Below, one piece after another: positions 1-9,826 of a stretch of DNA of 64,000 nucleotides (position 1 is its first letter; each line of letters opens with the position of its first letter). The translations under genes were made by a program, and so were the position numbers. The notes beneath the pieces are model-generated. The model made no database searches and was not told where the DNA came from. It was given only the letters and a program-made list of their open reading frames with translations. Source of the DNA: an uncultured Thermoleophilia bacterium (GTDB lineage: Bacteria > Actinomycetota > Thermoleophilia > UBA2241); NCBI GenBank assembly GCA_963777895.1, contig CAVZSF010000005.1, forward strand, positions 219,725 to 283,724. Direction: 5' to 3'.

Positions 1-2
1 CC

Positions 3-971
3 GGGCCTGTGGCGCCCCTGATCAACGCCGTGGCCGCCACCCCCCTGGCACGCCTCGTCACCGACCGGCTGGGTGTCGCCCACGCGCGGCCGCTGCCGGC
101 CTTCGCGCGGCGGCCGCTGACCCGGCTCGCCGGCGACGACGACGCCGATGCCGACGTGCTGCTCCTGGCCGACTGCTTCGCGGAACACCAGGAGCCGGAG
201 ATCGGCGTCGCCGCCCTCGCCCTCTTGCGGGCCGCCGGCCGTCGGGTCCGCGTCGTCGACGCCGGCTGTTGCGGACGCACCGCGCTTTCGACCGGGCAGA
301 TCGAGAAGGCACGCGCCGCGGCGGCGGCCATGCTCGGACGCCTGGCGCCGGAGGTGCGCGCCGGCCGCCTCGTCGCCGTGCTCGAGCCGAGCTGTCTGTC
401 GATGCTGCTCGACGACTGGCGACGGCTCCTTCCCGGCGACGAGCGCGTCGAGGAGGTCGCGGTGCGCGCCCGCCTTCTGCAGGAACTCGTCGCCGACGAC
501 GCGGAGGCGGGGCGGCTCGCCTTCGCCGCCGGCGGCGCTGCCCTGTTCCACCCTCACTGCCACGAGCGCGCCCTTGTCGGCCCCGGCCACAGTATCCGTG
601 CCCTGCGCGCCGTCCCCGATCTCGAGCTGACCGTGCTGGACGCCGGCTGCTGCGGGATGTCGGGCATCTTCGGCTACGAGGCCGCCCACTACGAGATGAG
701 CGTGGACATCGCGGAACACGCCCTTCTGCCGGCCGTGAGAGAGGCCGGCCCCGGCGTCGCGGTCTTGGCCACCGGCACGTCGTGCCGGGCCCAGATCCGC
801 GACCTCGCCGGCCGGCCGGCCGCGCACCCGCTGACGTTCCTGCGCGAGCGGCTCGTGGAGGCGGATGACGCGTCCGGAGGTGGCCGCCGGGACGGCGGGC
901 GAGCCGTGCTGCGGGATAGCGCGCCTGCGGTCGCCCCCGGAGCCGCTCCCTCCCCGGCGGAGACGGCCTGA
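3..971 (+). CDS. (Fe-S)-binding protein with two CCG cysteine-rich domains (GlcF/LutA/HdrD-like); 5' end cut by window edge
   Basis: ORF 9..971 is open to the window start. It carries repeated Cys motifs (LADCF, DAGCCGR, LEPSC, DAGCCGMSG, TGTSCR) typical of CCG-domain repeats. Confidence 0.6.
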   Translation, partial: GPVAPLINAVAATPLARLVTDRLGVAHARPLPAFARRPLTRLAGDDDADADVLLLADCFAEHQEPEIGVAALALLRAAGRRVRVVDAGCCGRTALSTGQIEKARAAAAAMLGRLAPEVRAGRLVAVLEPSCLSMLLDDWRRLLPGDERVEEVAVRARLLQELVADDAEAGRLAFAAGGAALFHPHCHERALVGPGHSIRALRAVPDLELTVLDAGCCGMSGIFGYEAAHYEMSVDIAEHALLPAVREAGPGVAVLATGTSCRAQIRDLAGRPAAHPLTFLRERLVEADDASGGGRRDGGRAVLRDSAPAVAPGAAPSPAETA

Positions 972-1159
972 TGTCCGGCACCGACGTGCTGATCTGGGTC
1001 GCCGGCGTCGCGGGACTGGCGGTCGCCGTCTTCGGCCTGGTCAGCTTGCTGACGGGTGCGGTGCGGGGGCGGCGACCGCTCGAGGCGGTGGCCGCTCTCG
1101 CCATCACCGCCCTCGTCATCTGGTTCCTGCTCGCCCACGGCGACCTGCTGCTCCGCTAG
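971..1159 (+). CDS. small hypothetical membrane protein (two hydrophobic helices)
   Basis: 62-aa ORF whose start overlaps the upstream stop (TGATG). The sequence is hydrophobic (LIWVAGVAGLAVAVFGLVSLL, ALAITALVIWFLL). No family recognised. Confidence 0.4.
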   Translation: MSGTDVLIWVAGVAGLAVAVFGLVSLLTGAVRGRRPLEAVAALAITALVIWFLLAHGDLLLR

Positions 1160-1227
1160 CCTCCTAAGGGGCTTCGGCCCTTCTGCCGATACTCCCAGCG
1201 TCGCGGCTGGAGCCGCGGCATTCACCC

Positions 1228-2574
1228 ATGGAGGGACTGCCCAAAAGAGCCCGCTTCTGCCTCGTGGCCGTCGTCACGGCTGCGGCCGCGACGGCGCTGC
1301 TCGGCTTCTCGCGTCACGCCCAAACGGACCTGACAGGCTGGGATTGGCTTGCGCTCCTCGCGTTCACCCTGCTGATGTTCCTGGGCGAGGCCGGCGGCAT
1401 GGTGGGCAGCGTCAGGCAGCCCACGTCCGCCGAGATCTCAAACCAGGTCTTCACGGCGAGCGTCCACATCGCCGCGATCATCCTGTTCGGGCCATTCGCC
1501 GCGGCTCTCGCAGCGGCCGTGGCCGTCCTGGTGGCCGAGGCGCTGCGCCGGGCGGCCTGGGTCAAGGCTCTCTTCAATGTCAGCCTGATGGTCGTGGTCG
1601 TGACCTGGTCGGGAGTGCTGTACGAGCTCGTCCGCACGGGCCTCGTGGAGACCGGGGGTCCGCTGACCTTCCCTGCCGACTACCTCTCGGTGGCGGCGCT
1701 GATCATCGCCTACGCGATCCTCAACGACGGGCTGCTCGCATGGATGCTCGCGCTCGCCAACGAGGCCGACTTCGTGGACACGCTGAGCGACATCATGCGC
1801 GAGGCCTGGCCCGTGACGCTCACCGAGGGAGCCGTCGGGGTGCTGGTCGCGTACCTCTACCAGGTCGACCCCTGGGTCCTGCCCTTCGCGGTGCCGCCGC
1901 TGGTCGCGGTCATGATCGCGTATCGCAACTACGTCGCCGCCCGCCGGGACACCGAGGAGGCGCTCGTCGCCATGGCCGACGTGGTCGAGAGTCGCGACCC
2001 CTACACCGCCGCGCACTCGCAGCGGGTCGCCGAGTACGCCGTCGCCCTGGGCCGGAACCGGAGGCTCGGCGAGGCGGAGCTGAAGTCGCTCGAGCTCGCG
2101 GGCCGGTTGCACGACCTGGGCAAGATCGGGGTCGACAACTCCGTGCTCTTCAAGCCGGGGTCGCTCACGGCGGATGAGTACGCCGTGATGCAGCAGCACC
2201 CGGAGCTTTCGGGGCGCATCCTTCAGCTCTTCGATTTCGCCCGCCGGGAGACCCAGTACATCCACCTCCATCACGAGCGCGTGGACGGGGCGGGGTACCC
2301 GTACGGCCTCCTCGGCGAGGAGATACCGCTCGCGGCGCGAATCCTGAGTATCGCGGACGCGTTCGATGCGATGACCACGGACCGACCGTACCGCAACGGG
2401 ATGACGAGGCAGCAGGCGTTGCGGGTCCTGCGGGAGAACGCGGGCACCCAGTTCGACGCCGCGCTCGTCGAAGCGTTCTGCGGGCTGTATCGTGAACGGG
2501 CGCAGGCCGGCGGGCCGCCGGCGGAGGCGCCGGCCTTCGCCGGCGCGACCGAGTCGCTGGGTAGAGGGGCATGA
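1228..2574 (+). CDS. membrane-anchored HD-GYP domain protein (c-di-GMP phosphodiesterase family)
   Basis: The N-terminal ~230 aa are multi-helix hydrophobic. The C-terminal part has AHSQRVAEY, LHDLGKIGV and HHERVDGAGYP motifs. Confidence 0.8.
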   Translation: MEGLPKRARFCLVAVVTAAAATALLGFSRHAQTDLTGWDWLALLAFTLLMFLGEAGGMVGSVRQPTSAEISNQVFTASVHIAAIILFGPFAAALAAAVAVLVAEALRRAAWVKALFNVSLMVVVVTWSGVLYELVRTGLVETGGPLTFPADYLSVAALIIAYAILNDGLLAWMLALANEADFVDTLSDIMREAWPVTLTEGAVGVLVAYLYQVDPWVLPFAVPPLVAVMIAYRNYVAARRDTEEALVAMADVVESRDPYTAAHSQRVAEYAVALGRNRRLGEAELKSLELAGRLHDLGKIGVDNSVLFKPGSLTADEYAVMQQHPELSGRILQLFDFARRETQYIHLHHERVDGAGYPYGLLGEEIPLAARILSIADAFDAMTTDRPYRNGMTRQQALRVLRENAGTQFDAALVEAFCGLYRERAQAGGPPAEAPAFAGATESLGRGA

Positions 2575-3158
2575 GCGGGCGCAGGATCTTGATCGTCGAC
2601 GACGAGCCGGACATCCGCCGGCTGCTCGGCGACACCCTCGAGTCACACGGCTACGTCGTCGAGACGGCCGCCGACGCCGCCGAGGCGGTACGCAAGGGCG
2701 GCCTCTTCCTGCCCGACCTGGTGCTGCTCGACATCATGCTGCCGGACGCCGACGGTTTCAGCGTCTATGAGCGCCTCCGCAAACGCCCCGCCGACCTCAG
2801 TTGCCCGATCATCTTCCTCACGGCGCGGCGCGAGCTCGACGACAAGCTGCACGGCTTGGAGCAAGGGGCCGTGGACTACATCACCAAGCCCTTCCACATG
2901 AAGGAGCTGCTGGCACGCGTGAAGGTGCACCTGGGGGAGCTCGCGCCGGTCAAGGGGGACATCCCCAATCCGATGACCGAGCGCGAGCTCGAGGTCCTGC
3001 GCATGCTCTCGACGGGCAAGACGTACAAGCAAGTGGCCACGGCGCTGCGGCTCTCGCAGAGCACCGTGCGCAACCACCTGCACAACGTCTACCAGAAGCT
3101 GAACGTGGTGGATCGCGCGCAGGCGGTCATCGTCAGTCGCGAGAACGGCTGGATCTAG
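2571..3158 (+). CDS. response regulator, receiver domain plus LuxR/NarL-type HTH
   Basis: Receiver motifs ILIVDDEPDIRR, DLVLLDIMLPDADG and ITKPF. C-terminal LTERELEVLRMLSTGKTYKQVATALRLSQSTVRNHLHNVYQKL. ATGA overlap with the HD-GYP gene. Confidence 0.85.
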   Translation: MSGRRILIVDDEPDIRRLLGDTLESHGYVVETAADAAEAVRKGGLFLPDLVLLDIMLPDADGFSVYERLRKRPADLSCPIIFLTARRELDDKLHGLEQGAVDYITKPFHMKELLARVKVHLGELAPVKGDIPNPMTERELEVLRMLSTGKTYKQVATALRLSQSTVRNHLHNVYQKLNVVDRAQAVIVSRENGWI

Positions 3159-3186
3159 AGGTCGCGGCGGCCGGGCGGCCGCGCGG

Positions 3187-3447
3187 TCAGCTGGTGGAGA
3201 AGGGCAGGTCGGGCAGGGACCAGGTGACGCGCTCTGCCCGGCGGTCGTCGCGCCGCCGGTCGCTCAGGGGGCTTGGTCCGCAGAGATAACGGTCGCTGCG
3301 CCGCCGCTCACCCACGCGACGATCGACCACCACGCGCACGTCCGAACGCTCCGCGTAGTGATGTGTGAGGCGCTCGAAGAAGAAGCCCTCGAGCGGGCGG
3401 GGGACGACGATGATCCTGGGTTGGCTGGCCTCGGCGGCGTACGCCAT
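3187..3447 (-). CDS. hypothetical protein (86 aa, Arg-rich C-terminal half)
   Basis: The ORF is divergent from the formate dehydrogenase gene, and its N-terminal half has plausible composition. No recognisable family. Confidence 0.35.
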   Translation of the reverse strand: MAYAAEASQPRIIVVPRPLEGFFFERLTHHYAERSDVRVVVDRRVGERRRSDRYLCGPSPLSDRRRDDRRAERVTWSLPDLPFSTS

Positions 3448-3668
3448 GGTCCCTCCTTGACACCTGCATGATACCGCGTTGAGCCTCTGTGGATTCGTCG
3501 CCCGCAGCCCGTTTTCCTTGCGCGCGCTCCGGCGGGGCGCAAGGAGCGTCGTCTGGCTGGGCGACGACGGGACCAGCCGGGTTGCACGCGGCGCCCTTCT
3601 GGCTCAGCCTGAACCTGGGCTAGACTTAGTGGCCTGACGGTGAGGGCGCACGACGTGAGGAGACGCGC

Positions 3669-6345
3669 GTGGAGCTGACGATCGACGGGCGGCCGGTGGC
3701 CGCCGAGCCCGGCACGACGGTCCTGAAGGCGGCGCGTGCCGCGGGCATCGACATCCCCTCTCTCTGCCAGGACGACCGCCTCGAGCCCTTCGCCGCCTGC
3801 CGTCTCTGCCTCGTCGAGATCGAGGGCATGCGCGCACCGGTCGTGTCGTGCGCGACCCAGGTGGCCGACGGCATGGTGGTCACCACCGAGACCGACGAGA
3901 TCCGGGAGCAGCGCCAGGTGCTGCTCGACCTCCTTCTCTCCGACCACCGCGGCGACTGCATCGTCTGCGACCAGGCCGGCTGCTGCCGCCTTCAGGACCT
4001 CGCCTACAGGTACGGCGTCGCCGAGACCAGCTACAAGGGCGACCTCCGCGAGTACCCGGCGCGCGAGGACACCCCCTTCATCGCCTACGACCCCAGCAAG
4101 TGCATCCTCTGCGGGCGCTGCGTCGGCATCTGCCAGGAAGTGCAGCAGTGCGAGGTGCTCGACTTCGCGGAACGCGGCTTCGAGTCCGTCATCGCCACAT
4201 CGTTCCACCGCTCCATGGTCGACACTCAGTGCGAGCTCTGTGGCAACTGCGTCTCCGCCTGCCCCACAGGGGCGCTCCAGGACAAGCTCAGCCGGCTGCA
4301 GGGGCGCACCTGGGAAACGCAGCCCGTCGACTCCGTCTGCACCTTCTGCGGCTGCGGTTGCCGCATTCAGCTCGAGGTCAAGGACGGCCGCGTCGTGCAG
4401 ATCGGTTCGCGCCTCGGCGACGGCCCCGGGCAGGGCAACCTGTGCGTGAAGGGCCGGTACGGCTTCCAGTTCATCGGCCACCCCGAGCGCCTGAACAAGC
4501 CGCTGGTGCGCCGCGACGGCGAGCTCGTCGAGGCCTCGTGGGACGAGGCCCTCGAGCTGGTGGCGCGGCGCATGACCGAGGTGCGCGACGCTCACGGCTC
4601 CGACGCCCTCGCCGGCTTCTCCTCGGCGCGCTGCACGAACGAGGAGAACTACCTCTTCCAGAAGTTCATGCGTGCCGTGATCGGCACCCAGAACGTCGAC
4701 CACTGCGCGCGCCTCTGCCACGCCTCGACGGTCACGGGCCTGCGCCAGTCCCTGGGCAGCGGCGCCATGACCAACTCGTTCGACGATCTCGAGACGGCCG
4801 ACGCGGTGCTCATCGTCGGCTCGAACACGAGCGAATCGCACCCCATCGCCGCGCTGCGCATCAAGAAGGCCAAGCGGCGCGGCGCGAAGCTGATCGTCGT
4901 CGACCCCCGGGCGATCGACATGGCACGCCGCGCCGACCTGCACCTGCAGCTGCGCCCCGGCACGAACGTCGCGGTGCTGAACGGCATCATGCACGTCATC
5001 GTCGAGGAAGGGCTGGCCGACGACGCCTTCATCGCCGAGCGCACCGAAGGGTACGAGGAGCTCCCCGCGCTCGCTGGCCGCCTACACGCCCGAGCTGGTG
5101 GAGCAGATCTCGGGCGTCCCGGCGGCCCAGATCCGCGAGGCGGCGCGCATCTACGCGACGGCGGAGCGCGCCGCCATCCTGTACTCCATGGGCATCACCC
5201 AGCACTCGCACGGCACCGAGCACGTGCTCGCCATCTCCAACCTCGCGCTCCTCACCGGCAACCTCGGCAAGCCCGGCGCCGGCGTGAACCCGCTGCGCGG
5301 CCAGAACAACGTGCAGGGCGCCTGCGACATGGGCGCGCTGCCGGACGTGTATCCGGGCTACCAGGGCGTGACCGACCCCGCCGCCCGCGAGAAGTTCTAG
5401 GCGGCGTGGGGCGTCGAGCTGCCCGCCGAGGTCGGCCTCACCGTGACCGAAGCCTTCGACGCGATGGCCGACGGCAGGGTGCGCGGCCTCTACGTCATGG
5501 GCGAGAACCCGATGCTGTCAGACCCCGACCAGGCGCACGTCGAGGCGGCCCTCAAGGGTCTCGAGTTCCTCGTCGTCCAGGACATCTTCCTCACGGAGAC
5601 GGCGGCGCTCGCCGACGTGGTGCTGCCGGCCGCCAGCTTCGCCGAGAAGGACGGCACGTTCACCAACACCGAGCGCCGCGTGCAGCTGCTGCACAAGGCG
5701 GTCGACCCGCCCGGCGAGGCGCGCGACGACGCGTGGATCATCACTGAGCTGGCGCGGCGGCTGGGCGCCCCCTGGGAACACGTCCCGGCACGGGACGTGT
5801 TCGCCGAGGTGGCCTCCGTGACGCCGAGCTACGCGGGCATCAGCCACGACCGCCTCGAGACGGAGCGCGGCCTGTGCTGGCCGTGCCCGGCGCCCGACCA
5901 CCCCGGCACGCCGATCCTCCACATCGGCCAGTTCACGCGCGGCAGAGGCAAGTTCTTCCCGGTCGCGTACGAGCCGCCGGCCGAGGAAGCCGACGCGGAC
6001 TACCCGCTGACGCTCACCACGGGCCGCCTCCTCGAGCACTACCACACCGGCACGATGACACGGCGGTCGGACGGGCTCAACGAGCTCGTGCCGACCGGCT
6101 TCGCCGAGATCCACCCCACGGACGCCCGCGACGCCGGCGTCAGCGACGGGGCGACGGTCACCCTGGCCACCCGCCGGGGTACCATCTCGGTACCGGCGTA
6201 CGTCACGCCCCGGGTGCGTCAGGGCACGGTGTTCGTGCCGTTCCACTTCTGGGAGTCGCCGGCCAACCGGCTCACCAACACGGCGCGCGACCCCATGGCG
6301 AAGATCCCGGAGTTCAAGGTCTGCGCTTGCAGGGTCAGCGCCTGA
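3669..6345 (+). pseudogene. fdhA: formate dehydrogenase alpha subunit (molybdopterin oxidoreductase with NuoG-like N-terminal 2Fe-2S/4Fe-4S domains), interrupted by one frameshift and one in-frame TAG
   Basis: Three colinear ORFs (3669.., 5098..5400, 5443..6345) read through one protein. Motifs are CRLCLVEIEG, DHRGDCIVCDQAGCCRLQ, CILCGRCVGICQ, CTFCGCGC and DHCARLCHASTV. The +1 shift lies in the CCCC run 5063..5066. An in-frame TAG sits at 5398..5400 between REKF and AAWGVELP. Confidence 0.85.
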
Positions 6346-6351
6346 CGGCGC

Positions 6352-7047
6352 TTGATCCCTCTCCACGACGATAACCCGACCCGCCGCTTCCCGGTGGTCA
6401 CGGTGGCGCTCATCGCCGCCAACCTCGCCGTGTTCGCGTTCGAGCTCTCGCTGCCGCGCGCCGGCCTCACCCTGGACGGGCTCTTCACCCGGGCCGGCCT
6501 GATCCCCTACGAGATCGCCAACCGCGTCGACGTCCCGCCCGGCGACCTCGTCCCGTGGTACCTCACCCTCCTGACGTCCATGTTCCTGCACGGCGGCTGG
6601 CTGCACATCGGCTCGAACATGCTGTTTCTGTGGATCTTCGGCAACAACGTCGAGGATCTCCTGGGGAGGGCCCGCTTCCTGGGCTTCTACCTCCTGTGCG
6701 GACTGGTCGCCGGCTTCGCCCAGGTCATCATCGACCTCGGTTCCACGACGCCGACGATCGGCGCGAGCGGAGCGATCGCCGGCGTGCTCGGCGCCTACAT
6801 CCTGCTGTGGCCCCGCGCCCGCGTGCTGACCGTCGTCATCCTGGGGTTCTTCTTCCCGATCGTCGCCCTGCCGGCCTGGGTGCTGCTTGGGATGTGGTTC
6901 CTGCTGCAGGCCGTCCAGGGCGCACTCTCGCTGGGCGGGGACGCGAGTGTGGCATACTTCGCGCATATCGGCGGCTTCCTGGCGGGCTTGGTGATCGCCG
7001 TCCCCGTGGCGGCGCGGCGCATGCGCCAGGCCCGCTGGTGGAGCTGA
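6352..7047 (+). CDS. rhomboid family intramembrane serine protease
   Basis: Six or seven hydrophobic segments. Catalytic motifs GASGAIAGVLGAY and FAHIGGFLAG, plus HGGWLHIGSNMLFLW. Confidence 0.85.
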   Translation: MIPLHDDNPTRRFPVVTVALIAANLAVFAFELSLPRAGLTLDGLFTRAGLIPYEIANRVDVPPGDLVPWYLTLLTSMFLHGGWLHIGSNMLFLWIFGNNVEDLLGRARFLGFYLLCGLVAGFAQVIIDLGSTTPTIGASGAIAGVLGAYILLWPRARVLTVVILGFFFPIVALPAWVLLGMWFLLQAVQGALSLGGDASVAYFAHIGGFLAGLVIAVPVAARRMRQARWWS

Positions 7048-7901
7048 CGCCGCCCGCCGGATCGCGGCGGCGCGGTGCGACGCCGGGGGGCGAGCTGAAC
7101 GACTACCACGTGCATACCCATCTCTGCGGGCACGCCGAGGGCACGCCGCGGGCCTGCGTCGAACGCGCCATCGAGCTGGGCCTCGGGGAGATCGGCTTCG
7201 CCGACCACCTCCCGATGGTCCGCCACTGGGAGCCCGGCCTGAGCATGCGCCGCGAGCAGCTCGACGAGTACGTCGAGACCGTGTCCGCACTGGCGCACGA
7301 GTACCGCGACGAGGTGCGCGTGCTGCTGGGCATCGAGGCCGACTACTTCGAGGGCGCCGAGGACGAGACGGCGTCGCTCCTCGGCGCCTACCCGTTCGTC
7401 TACGCGATCGGCTCGGTGCACTACGTCGGGGGCACCGACCACAGCCATCCGGTCAATCGCATGAAGATCCCGGAGTACGGCGTCGACCGCCTGCACGCCG
7501 AGAGCGCGCGGCTCGCCGCCGCCGCCGCTGCGACGGGGCTGTTCGCCGTCATCGGCCATCTCGACCTGCCCAAGAAGTTCGGGCACCGTCCGCATGACGC
7601 GGCGGCCGTGGCGGCGGCGTGGCACACGGCGCTGGCCGCCATCGCCGCCGCCGGGGCCGCTGTGGAGCTGAACACGGCGGGCTGGCGACAGCCGGCCGGC
7701 GAGGCGTACCCCGCGCCGGCCGTCCTGGCCGCCGCCGCGCGTCTCGGGGTGCCCTTGACCTTCGGGTCGGACGCGCATCGCCCGGGCGACGTCGGCAGCC
7801 GCCTCGGCGACGCCGCGGCGCTGGCGCGCTCCGCCGGCTACTCCGCGACCCTGCGCCTCTCCGACGGGACGGCGGAGGCTCTGCCGGAGGCGGCGGCATG
7901 A
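7038..7901 (+). CDS. histidinol-phosphatase family protein (PHP domain)
   Basis: DYHVHTHLCGHA at the N-terminus, and SVHY and GHLD motifs. The start is inferred as GTG 7038, overlapping the rhomboid stop. The upstream part of ORF 6555..7901 lies inside the rhomboid gene and is not coding. Confidence 0.65.
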   Translation: MELTPPAGSRRRGATPGGELNDYHVHTHLCGHAEGTPRACVERAIELGLGEIGFADHLPMVRHWEPGLSMRREQLDEYVETVSALAHEYRDEVRVLLGIEADYFEGAEDETASLLGAYPFVYAIGSVHYVGGTDHSHPVNRMKIPEYGVDRLHAESARLAAAAAATGLFAVIGHLDLPKKFGHRPHDAAAVAAAWHTALAAIAAAGAAVELNTAGWRQPAGEAYPAPAVLAAAARLGVPLTFGSDAHRPGDVGSRLGDAAALARSAGYSATLRLSDGTAEALPEAAA

Positions 7902-8786
7902 GCGCCCCGCGCAGGCTCCTTGCGATCACCAACCCGACGGCCTCCGGCGGTAGCTACCGCCGGGACCTGCCGCGCATCATGGAGGCGCTCGCCTCGTTCG
8001 GCTACGCCGTCGAGGAGCGTCACACAGAGCGCTCAGGGGATGCGGTCAACCTGGCCCGGGCAGCTTGCGGGGGGGACTACGACCTGGTGTGCGCCGTAGG
8101 GGGGGACGGCACGGTCAACGAGACCATCAACGGTCTCGCCTGCAGCGACGTGCCCCTGGCCATTGTGCCGACCGGGACGGTGAACGTGCTCGCCATGGAG
8201 CTCGGCATACCGCTCGACCCACCCGACGCCCTGCGCGTCATCGGGAACCATTCCGTCTCGTGGATCGACCTGGGCCTTGCGGGCACGCGCTATTTCGCCC
8301 TCATGGCCGGCATGGGGATGGACGCGCGCGCCGTCGCCTCCGTCAATCCCGTCCTCAAGCGCACCCTTAAGGAGGCCGCCTTTGCGGTGCAGGGTGCGGT
8401 GTCGTATCTCACCCACGACGAGCCTCTGCTGCGGGTGGACGACGGCGAGCACGTGGTGGACGGCTACTTCGCCGTCTTCGGGAACGCCGCGAACTACGGC
8501 GGTTCCTTCGGGATCACCCCCTACGCCGACATGCGGGACGGCCTGCTCGACGTCTGCGTGCTCCAGGACAAGTCCTTCCTCAGCACCGCGTGGTACTGGC
8601 TTGCCGCGCTGGTGAACTCGCACGTCAACCACCCGAAGGTGAAGTACTTCCGCACGGAGGCAGCGCAAGTGAGCGCCGTCGAGCCCGGGCAAGGAGATCC
8701 TCGTGCAAACGGACGGTGAGGTCGCGGGGAAGCTCCCGCTCGAGTGCCGCGTGGTGCCCCGGGCCCTGCGGGTGATCGTGCCCTGA
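7898..8786 (+). pseudogene. diacylglycerol/lipid kinase family protein (YegS/BmrU-like) with one frameshift near the 3' end
   Basis: LLAITNPTASGG and CAVGGDGTVNETINGL motifs. The conserved C-terminus KEILVQTDGEVAGKLPLECRVVPRALRVIVP is in the +1 frame. The shift lies in CCCGGG around 8684..8690. Confidence 0.75.
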
Positions 8787-8841
8787 GCGGCGCGCACGGG
8801 CGCCCTGCCTGGACCGCCTCCCCTCTGATCCACTCGCCTGC

Positions 8842-9432
8842 CTAGACCCCCATCAGCTGGCCGAGCTGGCGCAGCCGCTCGCGGTACGTCTTGCGCTCCT
8901 TCTCGCCGCGCTCCGCGAGTTCGGCCGGCGTAGCGACCGGGACCACCTTGAAGGCCGGGTTGTCGAACACGCGGAGCTCGAGGGCGTCCCCGGGTGCGTA
9001 GGGCAGCGTGCGGAAGAGCCGCCGCAGCAGGTAGCGGGCGGTCGGTTCCCCCACGGCGAGGATGTAGTGCGGGGTCGTGATCGAGAGCTCGCGGGAGAGG
9101 TGGTCGAAGCAGTTGTCCTGCTCCTCGGGTGCGGGCGGCCGCTCGCCGCTGTCGCCGCGCCCCACGCACTTGGCGAGCGTGGTGCAGTAGACGCGGTCGC
9201 TGGAGCCCAGTCCGGGCAGGTACTCGGCCAGGCCGGCGAGCAGCTCGCCGCCGGCGGGGCCCTCGCCGGCCTCGTCCGTCACCGACGGCGACAGCGAGAC
9301 GACGAGCACCGCGGCGTGCGCGTCGCCGCCTCCGGGGACGGCGCGGAGGCGGCGGGCGGCGAGCTCGCTGCAGCGGGTGCAGCCGCCGACCCTCCGCGCC
9401 AGAGCGTCGAGTTGTTCGAGAGCGTCTTCCAT
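8842..9432 (-). CDS. uracil-DNA glycosylase superfamily protein, divergent (family 4-like scaffold)
   Basis: N-terminal GGCTRCSEL and overall length and order resemble family 4 UDG. The usual GE(A/G)PG and HPS-type motifs are not evident (SLSPS, TPAEL instead). Confidence 0.5.
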   Translation of the reverse strand: MEDALEQLDALARRVGGCTRCSELAARRLRAVPGGGDAHAAVLVVSLSPSVTDEAGEGPAGGELLAGLAEYLPGLGSSDRVYCTTLAKCVGRGDSGERPPAPEEQDNCFDHLSRELSITTPHYILAVGEPTARYLLRRLFRTLPYAPGDALELRVFDNPAFKVVPVATPAELAERGEKERKTYRERLRQLGQLMGV

Positions 9433-9484
9433 GAGGGTCTCCCTTCTGGCCTGGCCCCCGCCGACCGCGGCCGGCTGCGAGGGG

Positions 9485-9826
9485 TCAGGACCCGGCGCGG
9501 ACGAGGCGATACTCGCAGCGCAGCGTGGCGGGGTCGCCGGCCAGCACGAGCATCAGCTCGTCGCCGAACGGCGCCAGGACCACGTTGAGCGAGTCGAGCT
9601 CGATGGTCAGATAGCGGGTGGTCTGCTGGCCCAGCTCGGTGGCCAGCCGGGCGCCGATGTCGATGATGCCGCCGATCTGCGCGGCGACGGCTTCGACGTT
9701 GAAGTCCTGGTCGGCGTCGGATGCGACGACGAACCCGTCCCGAGAGATCAGCAGCGCGGCGACGACCCCGGGCTCGGTGCGATAGGGGGCAAGCTTGGCG
9801 GCAAGGGCGTCCGACTTCTCGTTCAC
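9485..9826 (-). CDS. Roadblock/LC7 (MglB-like) domain protein
   Basis: 113 aa. PGVVAALLISRDGFVVAS ... AAQIGGIIDIG ... LTIELDSLNVVLAPFGDELMLVLAG matches the Roadblock/LC7 pattern. Confidence 0.75.
   Translation of the reverse strand: MNEKSDALAAKLAPYRTEPGVVAALLISRDGFVVASDADQDFNVEAVAAQIGGIIDIGARLATELGQQTTRYLTIELDSLNVVLAPFGDELMLVLAGDPATLRCEYRLVRAGS

Noticed and set aside
3448-3668. Possible Moco riboswitch or sigma-70 promoter (TTGACA at 3458..3463) upstream of fdhA.
   Set aside because: I could not recognise the conserved Moco motif by eye, and no acceptable -10 element sits 16-18 nt after the TTGACA. A covariance-model scan (the Rfam Moco_RNA_motif model) would be needed.
4700-4740. Selenocysteine recoding in the formate dehydrogenase.
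   Set aside because: The catalytic position reads Cys (DHCARLCHASTV). No in-frame TGA or SECIS-like context is needed to explain the gene.
5398-5400. In-frame TAG codons (also 40952..40954) as pyrrolysine or a reassigned sense codon.
   Set aside because: TAG terminates several genes exactly at conserved C-termini: the response regulator at 3158, paaK at 15429, nuoD at 25101, nuoM at 35819 and wzc at 61035. No pyl genes were seen.
6555-7037. N-terminal 160 aa of ORF 6555..7901 as part of the PHP phosphatase.
   Set aside because: This part lies inside the rhomboid gene in another frame and translates to an Arg/Pro-rich string. The PHP motif DYHVHTH begins only at about 7101.
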